DNA of 64,000 nt. Source: Bacilli bacterium (GTDB lineage Bacteria > Bacillota_I > Bacilli_A > RF39 > UBA660). The DNA lies in NCBI GenBank assembly GCA_045649455.1, contig JAZRPV010000058.1, positions 66,552-130,551 on the forward strand. Reading direction: 5' to 3'. The notes under the pieces are model-generated. The model ran no database searches, had not been told where the DNA came from, and saw nothing but the letters and a program-made list of their open reading frames with translations. Shown one piece after another: positions 27,602 through 35,952 of this stretch. Numbering within the stretch: the first letter of the stretch is position 1; each line of letters begins with the position of its first letter. Position numbers and translations under genes: made by a program.

Positions 27602-29851
27602 TTATTTTCTAATTATTGATAATACTGTTTGTTTAATAATGGATAATATTTTTCTTATTAATTTGAAGATTATTCTTATAACATTTAGAGTTAATGGAAC
27701 AATCATTATTATTGATGTAAATAAATTCTTTATAAATTCAACAAAATTAGAGATTGTTGTCTTAATATTTCTTAACCAGTTTAGTCCATATGCCATTTCT
27801 GTTTCCATATGATTTTTTATCGCAAATGTTCTAAGTTTTTTTGTTATAGAAATTGGTCCTCTATCTACATCTTCTCTTGGAATAATATTATGATATTTAC
27901 TATAGTAACTTAGATAATTAGCATTATATTCATTACGTAGCTCATTTTCATATTGTGTATAAACTTCATACATAAATGTTTTTTCATCCATTGATAATTT
28001 TTTATCTTTTATTGTCTTTTTAATACTCATTACTAAACTATCATATTTATTACTTATTATTGTATACTCTTCTTTAACATTCTTTTTATATTTAGATAAT
28101 TCTTCTATTACTTCTTTAATTGCAGTTACATATTCACCATCAGTAACTAATTTTCCTATTTTTTCAGAAACTATCTCATCTTGGTTTTCTAGTATTGTTG
28201 AAACAACCGGCACTCCATTTTCAATTGCCTTATAGTTAGTTGATGAGACATCTTCTTTACAAGCACAATTTACAATAACATCACTTATTTTATAAATAAT
28301 GTCATATTCTTCTTGTTCCGGTATATAAATTAGATTTGAAATTTTCGAAAATTGTTTTTCTAAGTTTCTAACCATTAATCCATTACCATTAATTATAAAC
28401 ACGGCATCTTCAATTGATTTTGCCAAATTCATAAATAGTTGTGGATTTCTTTCATGTACTACATTGTCAATAAAAGATATAACTATTTTATCTTTTGGGA
28501 TATTATATTTTTCTTTTAGTGCTTTTATATTAATTTTTTCATTTTCTAATTTTTGTTTTGTATAATTAATTAATTCTATATTTTCAGATACTAATTCTTT
28601 ATTAGTTGTATATGTTTTATTAATTAAACTAATAATATTATTTGTTCTTATTGAAGGAATGTTGTTTTCTATAATATCAATTACTTTGATTTCAGGATTT
28701 GTTTGTTTTATTAAAGGTAACATTGCATATCCATATGAAGCATTATTTATTATTACTGAATTAACATTTCTTGATGTAATTAAATGACTTACATATAATG
28801 GATAATCTTTTGTATCTAGGAAGTTGCTTAAATCATGAATTTCTGAAACATAATCTTTAATATCTTGTCTCATATTATTTTTTGATGGTTCTGTTAAGAT
28901 TAAAATACAATTGCTATCTTGACTTAGTCTTTTTATCATTTCATATGTTGCTATTGAATTTTTACTTAAATTGATATTGTCTGCAATAAGCATTATTGTA
29001 TCTTTTTTTGTTTTCTTATATGTTGGTAAAGTCATTGTATCATGTGTATTTATTGTTGGTCCAACTTTACTAATTTGTGGAAATTGGATAACTTCTACGT
29101 TATTTTTTACTAATTTAGCAGTGCTATTAATTAGTTTTTGAGCTTTTTTATGATTTGATCTTGCTCTTGATAGTTCTCCAGATAAACTTGTTCTATACCA
29201 AAATAATGGTGAATTTAATCTGATTGGAGTTTTTCCTTTTGATAATAATTTTAGCCATAAATTCCAATCTTCATACATAGCTTTTTCTTTGATTCCAAAG
29301 CATCCTACTTCTAATAAATCCTCTTTTTTTATCATTGAACTAATACACATTGTATTTAAAACTAATTCTTCTTCTAATGTAAAATATGGTTCCCAGTAGT
29401 ATTCATTAGCACCAAAATTAATCATTGCTGCATATACCCAACTAGCATTTTTGTGAGTTTCTAAAGCCCAGTACATTTCTTCTAACATTGTATTTTCTAT
29501 CAAGTCATCACAATCTAAGAAATAAATATATTTTGCTGATGGTGATGATTTTGCAATACCAAAATCTCTAGCTTGAGATGGTCCTCCGTTTTCCTTATGG
29601 AATACTTTAATTCTTTTATCCCATTTGCTTACTTCGTCTAATTTTTTTAAACAACTTTCAGATTTTGAACCGTCATCTATAATAATCCATTCAAAGTATG
29701 GATATGTTTGACTCAAAATAGTATTAGCTGTCTCTTCTAATGTAGAACCTCCATTATAAAATGGTGTAATAATTGTAATTGTTGGTTCTTGATTATTAGA
29801 TAATTCCCCTATTCTTTTTATTTCTTTTCCTGGTTTGTTTAAAAATTTCAT
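27602..29851 (-). CDS. Fusion: GT2 (N-terminal) + GT4/GT1-like domain + C-terminal hydrophobic/amphipathic helix
   Basis: 749 aa with AGGAGG SD. IITPFYNGGSTLEE...IIIDDGS...DCDD, then a Rossmann-like region ending AIENGVPVVST, then the IIMIVPLTLNVIRIIFKLI tail. Confidence 0.7.
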   Translation of the reverse strand: MKFLNKPGKEIKRIGELSNNQEPTITIITPFYNGGSTLEETANTILSQTYPYFEWIIIDDGSKSESCLKKLDEVSKWDKRIKVFHKENGGPSQARDFGIAKSSPSAKYIYFLDCDDLIENTMLEEMYWALETHKNASWVYAAMINFGANEYYWEPYFTLEEELVLNTMCISSMIKKEDLLEVGCFGIKEKAMYEDWNLWLKLLSKGKTPIRLNSPLFWYRTSLSGELSRARSNHKKAQKLINSTAKLVKNNVEVIQFPQISKVGPTINTHDTMTLPTYKKTKKDTIMLIADNINLSKNSIATYEMIKRLSQDSNCILILTEPSKNNMRQDIKDYVSEIHDLSNFLDTKDYPLYVSHLITSRNVNSVIINNASYGYAMLPLIKQTNPEIKVIDIIENNIPSIRTNNIISLINKTYTTNKELVSENIELINYTKQKLENEKINIKALKEKYNIPKDKIVISFIDNVVHERNPQLFMNLAKSIEDAVFIINGNGLMVRNLEKQFSKISNLIYIPEQEEYDIIYKISDVIVNCACKEDVSSTNYKAIENGVPVVSTILENQDEIVSEKIGKLVTDGEYVTAIKEVIEELSKYKKNVKEEYTIISNKYDSLVMSIKKTIKDKKLSMDEKTFMYEVYTQYENELRNEYNANYLSYYSKYHNIIPREDVDRGPISITKKLRTFAIKNHMETEMAYGLNWLRNIKTTISNFVEFIKNLFTSIIMIVPLTLNVIRIIFKLIRKILSIIKQTVLSIIRK

Positions 29852-29867
29852 ATTTCCGTTCCTCCTA

Positions 29868-31109
29868 CTACTTTATGAATAATGATCTAATTTTTCTAGT
29901 AACTCTTCTAATAAAATTTATAATAGCCCTGTATGTTTTTATTGGCCATTTACTATTAATTCTATATATTTCATCAGAATAGCTATTTATTGTTGAAAAT
30001 ATATATTTATAATCTTTACTATAATCGCATGCTAATTTATCATTATATAAATTATTATCTACATTATACTTTTTATCAATATACTTATAATTTTCATTTA
30101 CTATTTTTTTATATTCTTTTTCTGTAATATTTTTTAAACATTCAAATATTTTTTCATCATTATCCAAATTCATCCCTGAAAAATTTTGATTACTAGCTTG
30201 TTCAATATTACTATTGTCTACTATATTCATAGTTCCTGTATAGCTACTAATAATTGTTAATCGTTTACAAGCAATAGCTTCTAGGACACATCGATCTACA
30301 CCCATAAAAACATCTATGTTTTGATAGAACTCAGGCATGTTTGTTACACTTCCTAGAAAGTCTATTTTTGAAGTTAAATCTTTTGACTTGGCATATCTTT
30401 CTAATTGTTTTTTTTCTGGTCCTGCTCCTGCTATTAATAATCTACTTGATGGTTCTATTTCTAAATATCTTGTAAATAAGTCTATAGCGTTTTTTATTGA
30501 ATCCACCTTTTCTTCAGAAAGTCTTGATGCTATACCAAATGTTTTAATTTTATTAGGTACTTTTCCTGTTGGAAAATCGTCCATATTAAGAGAATTAGGT
30601 ATAATCAAATATCTATCTTCTCCTAATTTATAAATATCTTCAATTTCTTGTTTAGTACTTTCAGCAATACAAACAATTTTAGAGGCATTTTCCAAAAGCA
30701 TTGGTATGGCAATCTTATATAATGGAAATTCTCTAGTAAACCACTCAATTGCTCCAGGAACGATTGAGTGTCCATAAAATACATATGGTATATGAAGTTT
30801 CATTAAAACAGGTAACCAATACATTGCACATGGGTATTGATGAATGTGCACTTCACTAATTTCTTTTTCTTTACAAAAATTAATTAGTTCTTCTTGTACT
30901 TCTAAGTGAAAATGATTATCTATTATATATTCTATTTTAAAAACTTCTATATCGTTTTTTTCTAATTCTTCTAAATATAATCCATTTGGTGCGGCTACAT
31001 ATACTTTATGTCCTGCTCTTTTATATCCTTTACATAATGTAACAACAGCTGTTTCAATTCCACCTATATCTAAATGTTCTAAACACATTAATATATTTCT
31101 TTTCTTCAT
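29868..31109 (-). CDS. GT4-family (GT-B) glycosyltransferase
   Basis: HLDIGGIETAVVTL start, and C-terminal ASRLSEEK...AGAGPEK...EAIACKRL pattern. ATG at 31109 behind AGAGGA. Confidence 0.75.
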   Translation of the reverse strand: MKKRNILMCLEHLDIGGIETAVVTLCKGYKRAGHKVYVAAPNGLYLEELEKNDIEVFKIEYIIDNHFHLEVQEELINFCKEKEISEVHIHQYPCAMYWLPVLMKLHIPYVFYGHSIVPGAIEWFTREFPLYKIAIPMLLENASKIVCIAESTKQEIEDIYKLGEDRYLIIPNSLNMDDFPTGKVPNKIKTFGIASRLSEEKVDSIKNAIDLFTRYLEIEPSSRLLIAGAGPEKKQLERYAKSKDLTSKIDFLGSVTNMPEFYQNIDVFMGVDRCVLEAIACKRLTIISSYTGTMNIVDNSNIEQASNQNFSGMNLDNDEKIFECLKNITEKEYKKIVNENYKYIDKKYNVDNNLYNDKLACDYSKDYKYIFSTINSYSDEIYRINSKWPIKTYRAIINFIRRVTRKIRSLFIK

Positions 31110-31271
31110 CAAATAATCCTCTTTCCTATTTTATAGTTAATAATTACTTCTTTTATAAAAAAGAATTTTGATTTGAATTCTTTAATTCTTATATATTAAT
31201 TATATTACATATGAAAAATTATGTAAAGTCGAGCACTTTTTGCAATGGCCTAACTTCATTATAAAATAAAC

Positions 31272-31295
31272 AAAAAAAGGCTTATTTAGCCTTTT
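31272..31295 (-). terminator. Rho-independent terminator after yfhO
   Basis: Stem AAAGGC/GCCTTT with a 7-nt loop spanning the stop. U7 on minus. Confidence 0.6.
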
Positions 31296-33495
31296 TTAAA
31301 TTTACTTTATAAAAATATATTCCATATACTAAAGCACTGATAATTGAAGAAATTATTCCTAAATTTAATCCCGGTGTTTTATATGTAAATTTTATTTCAT
31401 TTTGTCCTTGATTAATTTTTATTGCTATCATTCCATTATCTACTTTTTCTACTACTGCTGCTTTACCATTAATAGTTGCTCTCCATCCTTTGTCATATGG
31501 AATTGCGTAAATAGCCAAAGTTTCTCCACTACTATTAATTTTAGATGAAAAACCATTGATTTCAAAACTAAATTTATTACTTAAATAATTTACTTCATTA
31601 GAATATAATTTTTTATATTTTGAAATTTGTTTTTCATCTAAAATTATATGAGTATTTAATGTTTCTTTTTTGTCTTCATCTGATAGTTGATTAAATTCTT
31701 CATGTGACATATATTCATTTACATTAAATCCAAATTCTTTATAATCTTCGTTTAGATATATGTAATAGTTTTCTGTTTCTTTTACTAATTTGTAGTTATT
31801 CATTGGAATATCTACACGACTAATTACATATTTTATACCTAAAAAGTCATATAATTTATCATTTACTCCGTCTCTAACTGGTAATAATGTACTTACTGCT
31901 CTCTCGTATCCTATACTCTTATAAAATTCGAAATTGGTTCCATTCAAGTTTGAATTGAATGCTCTCATATTATTAAATCTTCCAATATATCCCATGTTTG
32001 CATAACATGAATAATCTCCAATTGTACGTACATCTTCGAATGATAATTCATTTTTAATATTCAAATATATTTTATAGTTATCATTTTTATATAAATTAAA
32101 ATCTATATAATGATAAGTCATATAATTTCCCCATAATGTAACAAATACAAATATTGAAATTATTAGATATTTAATTTTTTTATGAGTCATATTTTTACAT
32201 ATATAGAATGTTACAAATAAGCATATAATAGCCATTAAAACCATCACAATAAAATACACTTTATCGTAGAATATATAAATATTTTTTATTCTCCACATGT
32301 ATAATAATGTTCCTATTCCAGTTAATACAAATAGTCCAATATTTATAAATAATGGAATTTTTAAACTACACTTATCCTCTAGACATTTTATAGACATTAA
32401 TGACAATATTAATGTTGGCATGTAGAACCATCTAGCATAATAAGCTCCTACAAACATAAAGAAACTACTATTTAATACTGGTACACACATAAATATACCT
32501 AGTACTACAATTAAGATACTATACCATTTTTTAGGATGTTTGAAAAAGCACCCTAATGCTAATAATACTCCGACAACTGGTAAATAAGCTTCTATACTAG
32601 TGTAATTAGATTCTGTTATAAATGAACGTGCATTCATAACTTCGGCGGGAAATATAAATGCTCTTAATAATTCAATATAATTCTCAATTGGATGTTTAAT
32701 TAACTGAATTAAAGTTGATTCATTAGATACTCTCGGATTAGAAATAATAAATAATGCAGTTGGTAGTAATGCAATCATCGCAATACCTATTCCGCAAATC
32801 CCTTCAAATATTAAGTATCCTATTTTCTTCCATTCAAATTTATATTCTTTACATATTAATTTAATAACAAAATATAATATTAGGAAAATACCTTGTCCAA
32901 TAAAGAAAAACCAGTTAGTAAAAGCTAGTAATGCAACAACTAATCCAAACCAACCTTTCTTATTATCATACATGTAATTATCAAATGTATATAACAATAA
33001 TGGAAAGAATGCAACTACATCATGAAAATGATAGAACATGGTATTTGTTAGTTGAAATCCTGAAAAAGCATACAACAAAGATCCAATTATGGCATATTTA
33101 TCATTTTTTACATATCTTTTTAAAAATAAGTATGATGTTAAACCTGCAACTCCATATTTTAATATAAATATCCATCCAACTAAATATGGAAACCATGATG
33201 CAGGAAATATATATGCTATAAGATTAAATGGACTAAATAGATTGTAGAAAGTGAAAGTACCTATAAAATTACTTCCTAATTCATTAAACCATGTCCACAA
33301 AAAACTTCCCTCTTTTAATGATTCATTAATCATCATATTAAATGAAATTTCTTGAAGAGTAAAATCAGATAATAATGCATATTGTCCCTTGCCATATATC
33401 AGAGTTGGAAGAATGATTAATGCTCCTAAACATATTGAATAGAAAAATGCTAAAAATAATTTGTTTTTAAATATTTTTTTAATTTTTCCTTTCAT
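31282..33495 (-). CDS. yfhO: YfhO-family polytopic membrane glycosyltransferase (GT-C-like)
   Basis: 737 aa. More than 12 TM helices in the N-terminal two thirds, a large extracytoplasmic C-terminal domain and a final TM. Typical YfhO layout. Confidence 0.75.
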   Translation of the reverse strand: MKGKIKKIFKNKLFLAFFYSICLGALIILPTLIYGKGQYALLSDFTLQEISFNMMINESLKEGSFLWTWFNELGSNFIGTFTFYNLFSPFNLIAYIFPASWFPYLVGWIFILKYGVAGLTSYLFLKRYVKNDKYAIIGSLLYAFSGFQLTNTMFYHFHDVVAFFPLLLYTFDNYMYDNKKGWFGLVVALLAFTNWFFFIGQGIFLILYFVIKLICKEYKFEWKKIGYLIFEGICGIGIAMIALLPTALFIISNPRVSNESTLIQLIKHPIENYIELLRAFIFPAEVMNARSFITESNYTSIEAYLPVVGVLLALGCFFKHPKKWYSILIVVLGIFMCVPVLNSSFFMFVGAYYARWFYMPTLILSLMSIKCLEDKCSLKIPLFINIGLFVLTGIGTLLYMWRIKNIYIFYDKVYFIVMVLMAIICLFVTFYICKNMTHKKIKYLIISIFVFVTLWGNYMTYHYIDFNLYKNDNYKIYLNIKNELSFEDVRTIGDYSCYANMGYIGRFNNMRAFNSNLNGTNFEFYKSIGYERAVSTLLPVRDGVNDKLYDFLGIKYVISRVDIPMNNYKLVKETENYYIYLNEDYKEFGFNVNEYMSHEEFNQLSDEDKKETLNTHIILDEKQISKYKKLYSNEVNYLSNKFSFEINGFSSKINSSGETLAIYAIPYDKGWRATINGKAAVVEKVDNGMIAIKINQGQNEIKFTYKTPGLNLGIISSIISALVYGIYFYKVNLKKAK

Positions 33496-33546
33496 AAATT
33501 ACCTCCTATATTTATTAAATTTAACAATAAGAAAAAAACTATTTAA

Positions 33547-34506
33547 TTAGTTTTTTTCTTCTAAATTTTCTGAAATAATAAATCTTGGTCTTTGTTTTGT
33601 TTCATTATACATTTTCCCAATATATTCACCAATTATTCCAATACTGATCATTTGGAGTCCTCCAATAAACCAAATTGAAATTGATAAGAAGGTCCATCCT
33701 GTTACTGTATTTCCGAGAATTTTTTGAATTAATGAATAAACCATAATTATAATACTTACAAATAGTACTGCAAATCCTAATATACATATAAATCTTAACG
33801 GTTTAACACTAAATGATGTTATACCATCCCAAGCAAAATTTAACATTTTCTTTAAAGGATACTTAGATTCTCCTGCAAAGCGTTCATTTCTTTCATAGTA
33901 AACAACATCTGATTTATAGCCCACTAATGGGAACATTCCTCTTAAGAATAAATTAACTTCTTTAAAGTTTGCAAACTCTTCTAATACTCTTTTAGATGTT
34001 AAACGATAATCAGCATGATTATATACAATGTCAACTCCTAAGAATTTCATTACTTTATAAAAACCTTCTGCAGTTGTCTTTTTAAACCATGTATCAGTTT
34101 TTCTTGCACTTCTTACTCCATATACAATATCACATCCTTCGTGATATTTATCAATCATTCCTTCAATGGCATTAATGTCATCTTGTAAATCTGCATCCAT
34201 GCTTATTACTACATCTGCATAGTTTTTTGCCGTCATCAAACCTCCAAGTAAGGCATTTTGATGACCCCTATTTCTTGATAATGTTATACCTGTAAACAAT
34301 TCTTCTTTCTTGTTTATTTCTTTTATTATTTCCCATGTTTTATCTTTAGAGCCATCATTTACATACATCACTCTACTCTTATCAGATATCTTTTTGGCTT
34401 TAATCATTGATTGTAATTTGTTTTTTAGTTGCTTTGTTGTTTCTTCCAAAACTTGCTCTTCATTATAACAAGGAACTACTAGATATAATATTGTTTCTTT
34501 TTTCAT
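33547..34506 (-). CDS. csbB: GtrB/CsbB-like polyprenyl-phosphate hexosyltransferase (GT2 with two C-terminal TM helices)
   Basis: VVPCYNEE, VNDGSKDKT, SRNRGHQNA, SMDADLQDD, then two TM helices. ATG at 34506 behind GAGGTG; the ORF-track start is a GTG inside the SD. Confidence 0.8.
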   Translation of the reverse strand: MKKETILYLVVPCYNEEQVLEETTKQLKNKLQSMIKAKKISDKSRVMYVNDGSKDKTWEIIKEINKKEELFTGITLSRNRGHQNALLGGLMTAKNYADVVISMDADLQDDINAIEGMIDKYHEGCDIVYGVRSARKTDTWFKKTTAEGFYKVMKFLGVDIVYNHADYRLTSKRVLEEFANFKEVNLFLRGMFPLVGYKSDVVYYERNERFAGESKYPLKKMLNFAWDGITSFSVKPLRFICILGFAVLFVSIIIMVYSLIQKILGNTVTGWTFLSISIWFIGGLQMISIGIIGEYIGKMYNETKQRPRFIISENLEEKN

Positions 34507-34525
34507 TTCTCTCACCTCTACAAAG

Positions 34526-35083
34526 TTATTTCAACTTTTTAATTTTATTTTTCTTTACTAGGTATGCTGTTTCAGATATATCCATCATCGGCTTATCTGA
34601 CATAGAATCTGAGTAAAAACTTTTTAATTTCTTATGTTTGGTTTCTTGATAAAATCTTTTTACTTTTTCTATATCGTGACAATTTAGTGATTCAAATGTT
34701 CCTGTTTTTTTATTTACTTTTGTACCAATAATTTTAACTTTTAGTTTATTTTCTAATGGTTTTAATAAAAATTCAGGAGATGCCGATATAATAATATCAC
34801 TCTTTTCTTGTTGTTCAATATACCATTTTTTTATCTTAGTATAATTTCTTTTCCAAAACTTTTCAATATAATCATCAATATCATCTATTTCTTGAAGGAA
34901 AGAGAATACATACTCTTTGCATTTTGTTTTATCTATTTTCTTAATTATATAAAGTATTAGTCCATATATTTGATGAGGTAAAGTTAATAATATTTTTTTA
35001 TTTCTTTTTACAGAATATAGATAAAAATCTAAACTTGAATCTCCATCATAAATTGTACCATCAAAGTCATATCCGTTTATCAT
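34526..35083 (-). CDS. HAD-IB family phosphatase
   Basis: 185 aa. DFDGT motif I, SASP motif II, a YSDSMSDKPM motif IV-like region. 4-nt overlap with the ubiA-like gene. Confidence 0.7.
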   Translation of the reverse strand: MINGYDFDGTIYDGDSSLDFYLYSVKRNKKILLTLPHQIYGLILYIIKKIDKTKCKEYVFSFLQEIDDIDDYIEKFWKRNYTKIKKWYIEQQEKSDIIISASPEFLLKPLENKLKVKIIGTKVNKKTGTFESLNCHDIEKVKRFYQETKHKKLKSFYSDSMSDKPMMDISETAYLVKKNKIKKLK

Positions 35084-35952
35084 AATAAGTATAATAGTCC
35101 TCCCATAATTATTATATATAACACTATAGCTCCAATTAAAACTTTATCTTCAAGTATAACTTCTATTGGATCACCGTGAGAATCTTTTTCTATATTTAAA
35201 CTATATAGTTGTAGAATTACTAATACAAGTGGTACGGTCCAAAATAAATAGTCATTACCTATTCTTGTTATTGTAGTAGAATCTACACACCATAATGTAT
35301 AAGAAACTACAGCTAATGCAAGTGATACATACATGTTTTTATCTAAGAAATCTTTATTATACAGTTCAAGAACCTTACGACTTTTTTCACCATTTTTTAT
35401 AATTTCATTTCTTCTTTTACCAAACCCAAGATAGAAAGAACCAAAAATTATCATTAAATATAACCATTTTGAAACTTCGATATTATTGATTATGCCACCA
35501 TACATTACTCTAAATAAAAATCCTGAAACTAATATAACTACATCAATTATTGGAACATGTTTTAGCCATTTACTATATAAGATATTTAATATTAGATATA
35601 TTAGTGGAATAATAGCTATACCAATATTTTTATTTGATATGTAAGTAAGGATTATCATTGTTATAGTTAACAATGATATCACAAGTATTGTGATATAAGC
35701 ATTTTTTATACTTATATCTCCAGAAGCCAATGGTCTATTCTTTTTTATTGGATGTTTTTTATCTTTTTCAATATCATTTATATCATTTATAACATATACA
35801 ATTGATGATGTTAATGAAAATATAAAAAATGCAACAACTGTTGTTATAAAGTATTTGATATTAAATATATTTATGCTAAAGAAGATTGGTAAAAATACCA
35901 ATCCATTCTTTAACCAATGTTTTATTCTAATCAGTTTTAGATACTTCTTCAT
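35080..35952 (-). CDS. UbiA-superfamily polyprenyl-phosphate phosphoribosyltransferase-like protein (Rv3806c/DPPR-synthase-like)
   Basis: 290 aa, about 8-9 TM helices. IRIKHWLKN start and NDINDIEKD (NDxxDxxxD) followed by KNRPLASG. Confidence 0.7.
   Translation of the reverse strand: MKKYLKLIRIKHWLKNGLVFLPIFFSINIFNIKYFITTVVAFFIFSLTSSIVYVINDINDIEKDKKHPIKKNRPLASGDISIKNAYITILVISLLTITMIILTYISNKNIGIAIIPLIYLILNILYSKWLKHVPIIDVVILVSGFLFRVMYGGIINNIEVSKWLYLMIIFGSFYLGFGKRRNEIIKNGEKSRKVLELYNKDFLDKNMYVSLALAVVSYTLWCVDSTTITRIGNDYLFWTVPLVLVILQLYSLNIEKDSHGDPIEVILEDKVLIGAIVLYIIIMGGLLYLL

Noticed and set aside
27555-27812. 85-codon plus-strand ORF spanning the tagH / GT2-GT4 intergenic region
   Set aside because: It overlaps the well-supported C-terminus of the 749-aa glycosyltransferase on the other strand. 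It has no SD and an Ile/Asn/Phe-rich nonsense composition.
31203-31256. 17-codon plus-strand mini-ORF (MKNYVKSSTFCNGLTSL) in the 170-nt spacer
   Set aside because: It has no SD and lies on the opposite strand to all surrounding transcription. It is too short to support without conservation data.
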